64,000 bases of DNA from Vitrella brassicaformis CCMP3155 (lineage: Eukaryota > Protista > Chromerida), in the NCBI GenBank assembly GCA_001179505.1, contig CDMY01000306.1, positions 62,001 through 126,000 of the forward strand, given 5' to 3'. This document shows positions 24,989 to 38,450 of the stretch, in pieces (position 1 is the first letter of the stretch; every line of letters begins with the position of its first letter). The notes beneath the pieces are model-generated. The model worked only from the letters and a program-made list of their open reading frames with translations. It did not search any database and was not told where the DNA came from. The translations under genes and the position numbers were made by a program.

Positions 24989-25087
24989 AAACCCTATACC
25001 CTATACCCTATACTCTCGCCTTTTGAAGGCGTTTTCCCATTAGTAGGGGGGCGGGGAGGCCGGCTGAGGTGCTCAGCTAAACCCTAG
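24989..25087 (-). promoter_or_regulatory. Upstream TAGGG module copy 2, plus telo-box-like AAACCCTA
   Basis: Reverse complement agcacctcagcc...gcccccc...aatgggaaaa...tagggtatagggtatagggttt; extra ctaaaccctag at ~25078-25088. Confidence 0.6.
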
Positions 25088-25599
25088 GTATATGTAGGTG
25101 TGCGTTGGTGTGCAGGAGCGCGCAGCAGGCAGGCACACTCACACACGGATGTGCGCAGGGGTGGTACCTACCGTGCTCAGTCCTGTGCGCCTCTCGATGT
25201 GTGTGTGTGTGTGTGTGTGTGTGTTCGCGTGAGTGGCTGGCTGCTGGCTAGTGAGTGCATCGTCAATCACGGACGCATCAGCACCAGACCCAATGGATGG
25301 ATGGACAGTGGATGCCTTTCCTTGTTTCTTCACTGCGTCCAAACGAGTCCAACAGCTATGATCATACAGCTGCTGCAAAAACCCAGAAACCCAGAAACGG
25401 AGAAACGCCTCTTCCCTCTCCACGTATGTGTGTGTGTGTAAGGTGCAATGCCATTCATCACCAAATGTGTGTGCAAAGCGAGACGAAGGAAGTGGAAAAA
25501 ATGCACAATGTATCCATCATGGTAACACAAATAGACCATGCGCCTGCCTGTCTGTCTGTCTGTCTGCCTCTCTGTCTTTGCGGCAGTAGATCACGTCAG

Positions 25600-26447
25600 T
25601 CACATGATAGGGTATGCCTGCCTGACGCACCCCTTGTGCGTCGCCCAGTCGATGAAGGCGCGCCTAAACCACACATTCACCACACCACACACAACACACT
25701 CGAACACACACCCATGCCTCTTGTTGTGTAGACGTGTGTGAGTCTGACCGACCAGGTGCCATCGGCAGAAAGGGTGTTCCTGTCGCCTGTCCACCCACAC
25801 CCACACGAATAAAGACACACGAGTACACGGAAAGATGGTGAGGAAGGGGGAATAGTGGGTGCGTACCAATGACGATGAGCCCTCTCTTGGCGCGCGTGAG
25901 CATGTTGTTGGTGCGCCGGTGGTCGCCAAGAAGGCCCACATCGCCCTGCACACATGACATGGACCACACCCACACACAGAGATGTCCATTGGTGCCCCCT
26001 CTGTCTCTCCCCCTCCCTCCCTGTGTGTGTACCTGAGAGTTTGACCGCACAGCCGAGAAGATGATCACCTCCCTCTCCATCCCCTGTGGGCACACACACC
26101 ACAGCACACCACCATTATCCAATGTGTGTGGTGTGTGGTGTGTGGTGTGTGTGCGGACACACTGCACTGACCTGGAATCCGTCGACGGTGTCGACGTCGA
26201 TGACTTTGTTGACGTCGTGGATGGTGGTGACCATCGACTTCACGTGATGATACAGCTTGGGCGTTTGCTGCACACACAAAGCAAAGGCCACACACACAGA
26301 CACGTACACACACACGAGCAGGAGTGTGTGTGCGTGTGTGTGCGTGTGTGTGTGTGTGTGTGTCCATCATGAGCCCACGTGGATGTAGGCCAGGAGCTGC
26401 CGGAGCAGCTCGCGACGCTGCTCCTGATATGGCGTCACCAGACCTGA

Positions 26448-26484
<37 letters not shown>

Positions 26485-29452
26485 GGAGAGGGCCATAGGC
26501 TCGGTATATGTCTGTGTGTGAGTGTGTGTGTGTAGGGTTGCCGACCGACCGATGTCGAATCGCTTCTTTCCGTATTGGTCGAAGAGGTGTACGTCCCACC
26601 CCAGCATCATGTCCAGCGCACGGACCGCCTCAGACGCCTCACTGCGCCCCCATACACAGCCATCCATCCATCCATCCACACACACACAGACACACAGACA
26701 CAGACAGACAGACAGACGTGTGCAGGTGGGCACCCACCGCCTGTTTTTGAAGGAGGTGTCGACTTGCTCCTCAAACACGCCCCCAGACGTGTCGATGAAG
26801 CACTGATATATCGGATACACACACACATGAATCAAAAGTGTAAGTGTGTAAGTGTGTTCCTCTCTTTCTGCCTCTCTCTCTCTCTCTCTCTGACCACAGG
26901 AATGTATGGCTGCGGCCAGGGGAAGCCCTGCGGCACCGGCCTGTTGACGCATCCACACACACACAGACAGAGAGAGACATACAGCTCACGCCTCCCCCCC
27001 GTGTGTGTGCTCACCGCTCGCTGGGATGCACGGCGTCACTCATGAACCCTGCACACACACACACACCGACATCGACACACACACATGGACGTCACACACA
27101 CAGACAAAGGCGTGTGTGAGAAGGGTAGGTGGGGGTCGTACGATTGTAGAAGTGTCCGTTAGGGAACTCTGCGACGGCTGGGTGCATTCTGTACTGCTCG
27201 TGCAGCATGTAGGGCCGGTGGCCGCACAGCAGCAGCCGCTGGAACAGGGGCAGGCTCAGGCCCTTGTCGGCAGCAGACAACGAGTGCTGACCGATCCAGA
27301 GATCGACCCAACAGACACAACACATCCATCCATCCATCCAGCTGTCTGTGTGTGTGCGTCTGTGTGTGTGTGTGTGTGGGAGTGCTTACAACGGTGGGAG
27401 GGAGCTGCTGCTGGTCGCCGATGAGTACGAGCTTCCGGCAGCCACGGACGATGGCACACAATACCGCGGGCTCTGCACCACACACATCCATATGTGCGCA
27501 TGGTGTCTGTGTGTGTGTGTGGGTGTGTGGGTGTGTCTGTGTGTCTGTGTGTGTGGGTGTGTCTACCAGTGGCCTGTGTGGCTTCATCGACGATGACTCT
27601 GTCGAAGGTATGTTTGGCGAGCTCCTTGTTGGCCTGGCACTCCACACACGTGGCCACGATCACCTTGGCGTCACGAAGCGACTGCACACACAGAGACACA
27701 CACACAGAGAGAGGCAGAGAGAGAGATACACACAGACGTGTTGATCCTTGCCAATATGTGTGTGTGTGTGTGTGTGCGGCGCGCGTGTGTGCGCCGTGCT
27801 TACAGCTGAGAGCAGATTCTTGACCGACTGGGGGTTGCCTGCTCGCGTCTGATAGACACACACACACACACATAGGTTGATAGCTTGGGAAGGAAGACAT
27901 GAAGGCATTATGACTGACACGCCACCGCCATACCATCTCTTTGGCGGCCTGGTACGCCAGATCATCGGCACTCTGCACACACACACACACACACACACAG
28001 AGCGATATCCAAATGGGTCTCTGAGTGCATTTCTCTGTGTGTGTGCGCGCGTGTACGTCAAAAGATGAGCCGCTGCCCACACGCAGAGCGTTGATGGCTG
28101 CACAACCACACAACACACACCACACACACGTGATCTTCAGGTGTGCAGTGCAAGGGGTGGGGTGAGCAGACAGATTCTCTGTCTGCCTACGGTGGTCCTT
28201 GTGGATGTCGTCAATGTCCTGGAGGATGCTCTTGAGGTTGTCGGCAGCCACACTCGAGCCAGCCACCGCCAAGATCTGCACACACACACACAGACGTCTC
28301 GCTCCCCTTTGATGTGTGTGTGTGTGTTTGGGTGTGTGTGTGGGTGTGTGTGTAGGCCACTTTGCCGGCCGGCTGTCTGTCGTATGTCCAGGCCTTGATG
28401 ATGGTGGCCGCCACGGTGGTCTTGCCAGTGCCAGCCGGGCCTGTCCGTCCCAGCCCACATACACGCAATGTCCCCTTTCTTCCATCCATCCATCCATCTG
28501 TGTGTGTTCTGGTGGTGGTGGTGGTGGGAGGAGTTTGTGTGTGTTCGTGCCTTGAATGAGTGTCAGCTCGCTGCTGGCCGCCGCACCGACCGCCTCAATC
28601 TGGCTGTGGTTCAGCGGGCCCCACACTGCACACACACACACATACACACAGATATGGTGTCATATTCTCTGTGTCTGTGTGTGTGTCTGTGTGGACTGAC
28701 CGTTTCTGAGCACGTTGCCGAGGAAGTTCATGACCTGAGAGCGCCGGTTCTGGAACTCTGCACACAGACAGACAGACAGACAGACAGACAGATATACACA
28801 CACAGAGAGAGGGAGAGGGAGCGGGAGAGGGAGAGAGACTGACCGTGCACTTGAGGTGGGGGCTGCCTGGCCAGCAGCTGGTCCTGCAGCGATATCGACA
28901 TGACGTTGGGCACGGGATTGCACAGCCTGACACACACCACACACACACACACACTTGCCATCCATCTCCCCCCCACGCACCCACCCACCCACCCACCCAC
29001 CCGCACACACACACACGTGTACCGTTTCAGTGCGTCGATCTGCGCGTCAAAAGGCTTCCGATTGGCGATCTTCCACAGGGTGAACGTGTGGGCCAGCTCC
29101 TCTGCCCCCACCACACCACACACCACCCAAGCCAACCGTGAGTGCGTGTGTGTGGCCTGTGTGTGTTGTGTTGTGTGTCCAATGGCGTGGCGTACGTGTG
29201 GCCTGCTCGTTTTTGTCCCTGACGTTCTTGGGGTGGGTGCCGTGGACGGTGGGCACGTAGAGGCACACGCGGCCGCCCTTGTGGTCGGCAGCCTTGACGA
29301 AGCCCACTTGTGTGGGGATGTGGGGGTCGGAGCAGACGACGCGGACGTACTCGTTCTCGCAGATCTTCTGAGACTCCGGGCCGGGGTAATCTGTGTGAAA
29401 AGACCGACATTGGCTGCCCATGTGGCAGGGCAGACGAGACGTGGGTCTCTCC

Positions 29453-29485
<33 letters not shown>

Positions 29486-32130
29486 TGTGTCTGTGTGTCT
29501 GTCTGTGTGCGGCTCACCAGCCATGGTTCTGCCTTCTGCATGGGTCATCTCTATGTACCTGCAGACACACACAAACACAGAGACACAACCACACAATGAA
29601 GTGAACCATTGTGCGGTGGGGTGCGGTGGGGGGTGCGTGTGCGTCACATGAGCGAGTGCGAGTTGCCGAAGTGCCTCCGCCTCAGAGGGCCGTAGCAGAA
29701 GACGTTGCCCTGCGTCGCTGCATGTTGGCCACACAGACACACACACACGTGGGCACACACATGGGACAAGGGGTGTGTGTGTGTGGTGTGGGCGCCGGCA
29801 CTAACATGCTTTGGTGAGCTGGTAGATGGTCTGGCACAGCTCCTCAGCTGCACAGCACACACACACACACGCACACACATGGGTGCATGTGTGTGTGTGT
29901 GTGTGTGGGCGTCCCCACCCCACCTAGGAGCAGCCTGAATCTCGTGTAGAAGCACCAGGCGGGCATGAAGCGGAAGGCCTCCATCGGCACACACACATAG
30001 CCTCCCAACAGACGGCAACCCTACACACACAACACAACACATGTCCCTCTCTCCCTCTCTCTCTCTCCCCATGTGTGTGTGTGTGTTACCACTTCGGCCA
30101 CAGTGGGTGAGCCGCAAAGCGCCAACACGTCCAGACAGCTCTCTGCAGGCATTCACACACACGGCTGTCTCGGTGTGGCTGTGTGTGTGTGGGTGAAACC
30201 AGTGAGGGCGTACCAACGATTTCGACGGACAGCTCCAGGCCGGGTACCTCTGGTAGATCCACACCAACTGCAGCAGCAAAGGCGCCATGCACTTGTGCTG
30301 TGTGTGTGTGTGTGGGTCTGTGAGGGTGGACCCTGCTGCTGCTGGTGGTACTGCTGCGGCTCGAAGCTTGTAGAGGCAGCAGCAGCAGCTGCTGCTGCTG
30401 ATGCACTGCTGCTGGCCTGTGTCCACTTCTTGCCGACGCCGCCGCGCTTGCCTGCAGTCCACAAACACATCCACACACATACAGACAGACAGATGTGCGG
30501 GCGGTGGTGGAGGCTGACGGACTTGGGTGCATGAAGATGTCAGCGTTGCAGTCAATCCGATGCCCCTGGGCGGCCGCACTGCGCACACACACTCACACGC
30601 ACAGGCGAACACCGAGCTGTGTTTGTGTGGGCGCGTGTGAGTGTGTGTGTGAGGCCGTGAGTACGTGTGTTGTGCGACGTATCCGTCGGATCTGTCGAAT
30701 CGTCCGTTGAGGAGCTGCTCGTTGGCGCTGTCCACCTCTTGCCGGCTGGACCACTGGTGCGCTACACACACACACACACACACAGACAGAGTGTGTACTG
30801 TGGCATATGTGGTGGGCGGGGGTGTAGAGATGTGTGTGTACGTGGGAACATTTTGGCTTCGATGCGCATTCGGTCCGGCTTGCGCTCCATCTGTGTTGCC
30901 ACCACTGCACACACACATACACACACACACACACATGGATGCAGCCATGAATGACACCGCACACGCGTGTGTGTATGGGTGTGGGTGTGGGTGTGGGTGT
31001 GTGTCAGTGGCTCGTGCAGTCAGGTCAGTCACCTTGAGGGTTCTGCAGCTGCTTGAGCAGCATCTCCATGCCAACCAGGTTGCCTCTGTAGGCGAACGCC
31101 TCCCACAGCGTGGCGAAGTCTGCAGGCCAGTGCGTGTGGCTACCGGCAACCAACACCTTCACACACATATACATAGGCGCTCACGCACACACAAACAACA
31201 CACACACACACAGGGCGTACCAGCAAGCAGTTGATGGCCTCCTCAGTGTTGCCCTGCGTGTGCGGCGTAGACAACAGACAACACAACACATGGCACGGCA
31301 TGGCACAAGACACAGCCACCAACATCATCATCACATCGTGATGTGCACCCACACTTATATGCAGCGCACCTCTGCAGCGTGTTGGTAGATCAGGTTGGCC
31401 AGCTGCTTCGGCTTGTGCTGCTTGTACTTGGCCTTAACACACACACACACACACAACCACATAGAGTCCCCACACACGCGCCACAATGCGTGGAGGCAGA
31501 CCGACCAGTATCTGCTGCGTCCGCTCGTCCGCCGTGATGGGCACCGCCTGGACATCCACACTGTCTGCCGGTGCTGACGCCTCAATGCCGCCACCGCCAC
31601 CAGAAGCACCACCACTACCAGCACCACCAGCAGCTGCTGCTGCCTCTGCTTGGCGCTTTGCCTGCACCCACCAGACACACGCACACACATCGACACATAC
31701 CTTGTCGAATGCATTTCTGTGTCGACGTGTGTGCGCATGGTGATGACGATACCGCCGCAGTGCTCTTGCGCTTCTTGGCGGGAGGGGCTGCACACACACA
31801 CAAACACACACACACACACGAACGGAAGTGTGGATGAGATGAGTGTCGATATCGGTTCCCCTGCCACACACACACAAAGCTGTGGTACCGTCGAGCGAGA
31901 CGCCCCTCTGCAGCAGCATCAGGCTCAGGTTCTCAAGCGCACTGTACCGGGCCTCCTGCAGTGCACCCATTCCACGCCGTATCAATAACACTCGGGCGTC
32001 GACACACACGTGTGTGTGTGTACCTGTTTCTTGTGTGCAGTGCCGTTTGCAGTGAGAGGGACGGGGTCGCCCGGCAGGTGCAGAGAGACCACACACTCCC
32101 ACGTGGTGCTCCTGCCTGCAACATACCAAC

Positions 32131-32164
<34 letters not shown>

Positions 32165-32320
32165 GGACAAGGCGTGTATGTGTGTGTGCAGGGAATGATG
32201 GGCGGACGTGCCTGTCTTCTTGATGTCCTCCTTGTTGCACTGAACCGCCTCGTAGCTGAACTTGGGGTCGAGGTGGCGCTTCTGACACAGAGCGTAGAAC
32301 TGCACACACACACCCATCAT

Positions 32321-32363
<43 letters not shown>

Positions 32364-32906
32364 TCTTCATGTGCCCATCCGTGTGCATCGCACATCACAT
32401 ACGTCCTTGAAATGGTCGATCTTCCACTGGCGAATCATAGCGAGCGCCTGCTTGGTGCTCTCGTCCAGGCTCTCCTCGTCAGCCATGAGCTGATCCACAC
32501 TCACATCGTCCGACAAGCCGTCACGCTTCCGCTTGGCATTGCCTTGAGAGGTAGCACTGCTGGACTCTGCCTCCCCTGACACAACTGACTGGTTCACATC
32601 GCCACCTGCACCTGAATGTGCATGCAGACACCAGAAAGGGAGACGAGGGAGGAATGGGAGGCAGATCTCTCTGTGTGTGTGTGTGTTGTTACCATTGGTC
32701 ATGTGTTCCTCCGCTCCCTCTTCTGCCTTGATGACGGCGTCTGCTGCCCCTGCTGCTGCCAGTGCCTCTAGAACTTGCTCTTGCTCTTGCTCTTGCTGCT
32801 CTTCTGTCTTGATCGTGACACCGTTGGCACTTGACTCGCCTTCGACGGGCATGTTTGCCCCACCACCTTCGCCAGACGGGCGATTCTCTGCGTCAGAGTG
32901 CTCCAT
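25600..32906 (-). CDS. UPF1/DNA2-NAM7-like superfamily 1 helicase with N-terminal dsRBD
   Basis: Spliced motifs: QGPAGTGKT (I), VIVDEATQA (II), LIGDQQQLPP (III), EQYRMHP (IV), IGLVTPYQEQ, VDTVDGFQGMEREVIIFSAVRSN (V), RRTNNMLTRAK (VI). dsRBD-like segment at ~31905-32415. Confidence 0.88.
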
Positions 32907-33351
32907 TAAGACGATACGCGAGCTAAGAGTGGGGGATCTTTGTACAAGATCTCGCAAGATCTGGCCTGCCTATGGTTGGGTGGGCGCTGCTGATGACACA
33001 TGCGAATGCGAGCTTGAAGTGGGTCGACCTGGGATGACCTGTTGGAGGGAGGCAGTTCTCCTTGGTTGCATTGCTAGGTGATGCTGAGGGTACAAGGATG
33101 ACAGAGAAGCCAAAGGCTGCTCATGCGGATGAATGCACTCTCCGCATCTGTGAGTCACAGTTGCACACAGACTCTGATGGCCACACATCGAATCCATTGC
33201 CATGACTGTCGGCAATACCATCACAGCCACACCGGCCCTATGGTACAGGCCAAGCACGGCACACAAATGAATCAAATATTCAACACCATTGCAAGACCGA
33301 ATAAAAACAACTCACAGCCTTCTTTTGTATCACTGCATAGACACCAGGGCC

Positions 33352-35531
33352 TCACGAATACAGTGGCCTCATACCTCGCTCATTTCGCCTAGAAAACAAT
33401 GACGCAACAAGCAGAGAGGCGCTCACAGTCTCCTGCGCTCCTCTCGCCACTCTATCACTCACCTGCACCTGCCACACCTCCATCTCGTCGCACGTGAAGT
33501 CCAGGGACTGCGCCAATGTGCCTTTGTAGTAGCTGTACCCCCCGCTGTAGCCCTCCGCCAGCTCATCCCTGCTGATCCACAGCTGGCAGCTGCTGAGGTC
33601 GGCCGCCGGACCATGCCGAGCCAACCCCAACCAGAGGACTCCAGCAGGACTGCAACCGATGCGGGCATTTGAACTCCAGTCCATATTGTTGGCCTGTGCC
33701 GCCCCCTGTGCCCCGGCCACCTTCACCATCTGACTCTCCTCGGGCAGCTCGATCTTGATCGGCGTCTCGTACGCACCCGACAGCGAAAAGAAGAAGAGCG
33801 GCGCCTTGTAGAGGTTGGTCTGCGTGGGGTCGTCTGGTGGAGCGAGTGGGCCGTCGATGAAGCACCCGAATCGGTGTGTGTCGCCATCTCGGAGGGCGAA
33901 GAGGAGGCCGCTCTTGCCGGTCACCTTGTTAATGAAGGAGGAGTACCCAAGCGTGTCACGACTCGACCTGATCACGACACACACCGGGGAAGTGTGTGTC
34001 TGTCGGCGTGCGGTTATTTGTGCCCGGGTGCGTGGTTCGATCACTTGTAGATGAGTGTGGCTGTGGGTGAGTGTTTGCCGGTCATGTCGATGACTTTGCC
34101 CCACTCCTCGGCCGACTTGGCGATGAAGTTGTGGCCGCCCCCCGCCAGGCCGCTGCAGGAGGGCTCGTGCTTCAGCCCATACATCTCGGTGTCGACGCGA
34201 AGCTGCTTGGCGTTGGTCGATGTGGGCGGCTTGACGATGCTGCCGGGCGGTGCGATGCGCTGGCGACGGGCGAAGTCGACGACCTTCATGAGATGGTCAG
34301 GGCGGATGGAACTCACAGGCGCACCGCTGCAGACACAAGAGAAGGGTGTATCCACGATGATGAGCTGTGTCGTCTTGGTGTTGTGTTGCTTGCCTATGAA
34401 GTGTCCTGTAGAGTCGTTTGTCGCTGCCGATGGATGACAGTGTGGCCTCGGTGGTCGACACCGTCTTGCCCAGGACGCGCACGCTCTTGATCTCGTCATC
34501 TCCAGCTGCCGACTTGAAGAATGGCCCGATGGCCCTGTGGAATCTCTTGAGCTCCCTCTCAGCTTCGACGAGGTCGGCCATGGCCGCCTCGACGTCTGAC
34601 GCGCTCGCCTTGATGATGTCGATGGGGTCTTTGCCGTTGGTTGCTGCCTCGCACGCGCCGGTCTCCCTTGTAAGATGGCTGCCGAGTGTCGTCTTTGTGT
34701 CGAAGAGTAGCTCGTGCCAGAAGAGCGACGAGCTGTCGGTGCTGTGGTCACCCGTCAGGACGATCTCATGGCTCTCGCCCTGCGCATCCGCCACGCCGAC
34801 GTTGGCGATCTCGTCACGCAGCCTGACGTCAACAGATACGACAGACCGCATTGTTTGTGAGTTTCGTCAACCCTCCTCCCCCCACTCTCGACTTACCACT
34901 CCATATAGACTGGGTCAGCATCGAGGAATGGGCGGCCGTCTGTGTCCTTCGGCAGCCCATCCAGATGGTGCAGCAGCAGATAGGCGATGAGGCTCTCACT
35001 CACGCCGGGCAGCAGCAGCGGCTTGCGAGGCACACACAGCACCGTCCCGCCCACGTTGATCTCGATCTCGCCATCGAGCGGCCCAATAGGATGCAGCTGC
35101 CCTCCATTGCTCGCGATGAGTCGATTGACGATGTGGGACTGCTTCTCCAGCTCATCCAACATCCGCTTGGTGGCAGCGAAGCCATTCATGCTTGCCAGCG
35201 ATGCAAGATGATCCGAAGGGACCACGGACGAGCCGCTGGAAGGGCTGGAGCCGCTTGAAAAGAGTGCCCTGATGGTCTGTTCTTGCTCAGCCAGCCTTGT
35301 TCTCAGACACTCCAGCTGGTCTTTGAGTGTCTTGATGGTGCGCTCAGCATCGGCCAGCTGTCGTTGCATGGCCGCCTTGTCAGCTCGTGCACTGACCAGC
35401 TGCTCCATCGTCTCTTTGTCGACACTTTGTTGGTCAGTCAGCTCCTCTCGCTGCTTGTGGTCCTCGCGCGGCCGAGCCTGAAGTGCACTGATGGTCCCTC
35501 GAGCATCCGTCAGCTCTGCCTCAGCACACAT
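33352..35531 (-). CDS. BTB/POZ-BTB-TLDc domain protein with N-terminal coiled coil (B3)
   Basis: Heptad-rich N-terminus, IEINVGGTVLCVPRKPLL, TLDc motifs. True start and stop uncertain. Confidence 0.8.
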
Positions 35532-35804
35532 AGCCGTGATAGTGCCGCCATGCCGCGATGCACCTTCGGTTGCGGCCCGCCATCCGTTGGTTCTGCGACC
35601 CGCCTGAAGCTGCCAGTGGGATGCAGCGAGTGTCTTCCATGCGTGTCGTGCGTCGGCCGACAGGCGGATGGGATGCGGCGGGCGAGTCGCCGGGCGGGCG
35701 AGAGTTGCTGTGAGAGATGGCGAGGGAGGGCGAACCAGGGCATTGATCTATGAATCAATCCACTAATTGAACACACAAAGCAGACGTGAAGCACAGAGAG
35801 AGAA

Positions 35805-35975
35805 GATGCCCCTGGTGGAGCGGTGGACGCCACCGACGAGCTGAGTCCGCACAATCACGACAGTGTCTTCTTCTGCTGCTGCCGTCACGCTGCAAGAAGG
35901 GCTGGGTGGCGGGCCAGACGGACCCATGCAGGTCTTGGAGGGGGAGATCTACGCTAAAATCAGATGGCTCAGCTC
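35805..35975. repeat. Dispersed segment X, copy 2 (inverted relative to copy 1)
   Basis: gatgccc...gagctgagtccgcacaatcacgacagtgtcttcttctgctgctgcc...gacggacccatgcaggtcttgga matches the reverse complement of 20270-20455. Confidence 0.85.
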
Positions 35976-36096
35976 TCCCATGGAGTCCCTGCCCTGCTTT
36001 GGATGAAATTAGTTGGTCCTGCAACGTCCCTCGGCACGATCGCGCTTGCCATTCGAGCTCGCGAAGATGTTTATGCTGCCGTTTTGATCTGAGGCG

Positions 36097-37717
36097 ATGG
36101 GGAATGATGTGACGGTGCCCAGCAGCCGGCAGCCCATCCCACCGGCGAGAGGCAACGAGTCGATAGATTTCATCCATCGCGAGGAGCGAGATGCCATCCA
36201 CGAACACAAGGAGGTCGGCATCCTCAGATGCACAGCGACATTCCTCAGGCAGATAGACTTCTCGGCCGCCGTCCTCCGCACTCGGCTGGGGCGCTCCCTC
36301 GCGGCCAAACAGCCCGGCGGCATTATCGCATTTGACGCTCAGCTGGAGAGCCCTCTGCTGCTGAAGGCCACCTGGCTGGTGGACACGCAGCAGTGGACCG
36401 AGGCGGTCAACGCGCTGAAGTTGGCGGTGCAGCATGGCTTGTGCACTCTGCCGGTCACTATAAGTTTGGAGGACCTCCAGAGGCACACCACCGAACAGGT
36501 GGGCGGGACGGAGGGGACAGGGGAGGAGGGATGGGTGGTTCAGAGGGTGTGTCTGTTGTTGCAGGCGTATTTGGCTGAGCCGCGTGTTTTGGCGCTGTGG
36601 AAGACGGTCGGTCGGCACGTTAACTTCGGCGGCAACTACGGCCGTTTTGAGCTGTTCGACCAGCCGGGCGGCGGTGTGCGTGCCATCAACGACGAGCCTG
36701 GCTTCGAGCTGGACATCAACCCCCCCCTCCCCGCCACCCACCCATACCACCCTCACACCATCACCGACAACCCGCCCGTCAGATCCTCAATCCACCTGCA
36801 GGGGGGCAGCTGGACGGCCGGTGGTGTGATGGCCACTTATGCGTCAATGTCGGCGTTCATCGTGCGCATCATCATGGAGCGTCCACTGGCCAATTTGGGC
36901 AAAACTGCTTTTGTTCACGTGGACCGGTACGAAGCAACACCACACACATATCCATCCGTGGGGGTATCTTCCTTCTGTTCTGTGTTTGCTTCTTCAGGTA
37001 TGATCATGGTGGCGTGCTGGACGGCCTCCTCAACCGCTCGCCCCACCAGCCGCCCGGCGGATGCAGAACCATCGTGGCGTTGAGGTGGGACGATATGAAT
37101 CCCCCTGCAGAGGTTCGGTTTCTGCTGCTGACGTCGTTCGACATGCCATTCGTCGCATATGTCGATCTCGCCAGCCGTGCCGACATGAAGACAGGCAACA
37201 AAGCGATAAGAGGTCCTCTGTGCTCATTGAGCCAGTGTTTGGCGTGTGCTGTTTCGCTGAATGCAGTGGTCGTCGGTGTCGTCACTACTGAGCCGCCAGT
37301 GGGTGATGCGTCGGATGCCTTCAAGGACCGCCGGTACTGGTGCGCGGCCTGCTGAGCAACACCATCGCAGACATGGCGCTCAACCAAGAGGAAGAGGAGG
37401 AAGACTATGAGGGTGGGTGAGCAGCCGGCCATCGCGTCTCTGTGTGTCGGATGAATCGGGGTGTGTGTGTGTGTGTGGTGCAGAGGACGGCGCGGACGAT
37501 GATGGTGACGATGACGGCGATAGCGATGAGGGTGAGTGGTGGGGATGTGTGTGTGCGTATGTCGTTGGGCTCATTCGTATGTCTGCTGTGTGTGTGTATC
37601 TACGCAGATATGGATAGCAATGGCGAGGACGATGGCCAGCAAGAGCAGGAGGACGGTGAGCCAGATCAGAGTGACCCACACGCACTCACTGTGTGCCTTA
37701 TGGATGGATGGACATGA
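36097..37717 (+). CDS. MGN-family hypothetical protein M2 (frameshift near C-terminus, ~37335)
   Basis: MGNDVT...EVGILRCTATF...; paralogue of M1. Net 13-nt loss after KDRR relative to M1 shifts the frame before the acidic tail. Confidence 0.65.
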
Positions 37718-38029
37718 ATGTGTCAGAATAGGGTGTGGAGAGGGAGGCCAAGAGAAGGAGGACCGCAGAGTGATCGAGAGGGTCTCACGTGCCGTCAGAG
37801 TGTCGTGTGGGTGGTGCACTGATTGAGGATGGACAGGAGGACAACCGTAGACGTGTGCACAGACAGCGAGCGGCCCCTCTGACGCATCCATGCAGTCTTG
37901 ACACACATCGTACGATGGCATTGATGTGTCCATGTGTGTGACGAACCTTTTTTGTGTGTGCATACGAACGGTTCAATTGGTGGTGGCCATGGTTGAACGG
38001 CTTTCCGTTTTGGTTTTCACGTCCACATC

Positions 38030-38450
38030 AGATCGGTGTGAATGACTGGACGGACTGAGACAGCCATTGACCTGATCCATGGGTGCATAGCGTCAATCAA
38101 TCACGTGTGTGTGTATATTGCCTGTCGGCAATTAAGTGTCCGTCTCTCCTGACTAAACCACACACACACACACACACTCAGCCACGTCCATCGTTTCTTC
38201 TGCAGAGGTCACCGACATACTCACCCGACCGATATCGATCGCATCCACAGAGAGCGGTCAGATACATATATATGTGTGTGTGTACAGACAGACAGACATC
38301 GGTACACATATGGACGGTCCCACAGATCGGCCGATCGATCGGTATGGGTACGCACACATGAATAGACCAGCAGTCAATCTCTGCCTTGCTTGGGAGACAC
38401 ACCGACACACCGACCGACACAAAACAAAACCACGCCAACGCAACGATGAC
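38030..38450 (-). repeat. Non-coding dispersed repeat R, copy 3 (inverted)
   Basis: Core at 38188-38233 is the exact reverse complement of 8253-8298. Confidence 0.85.
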
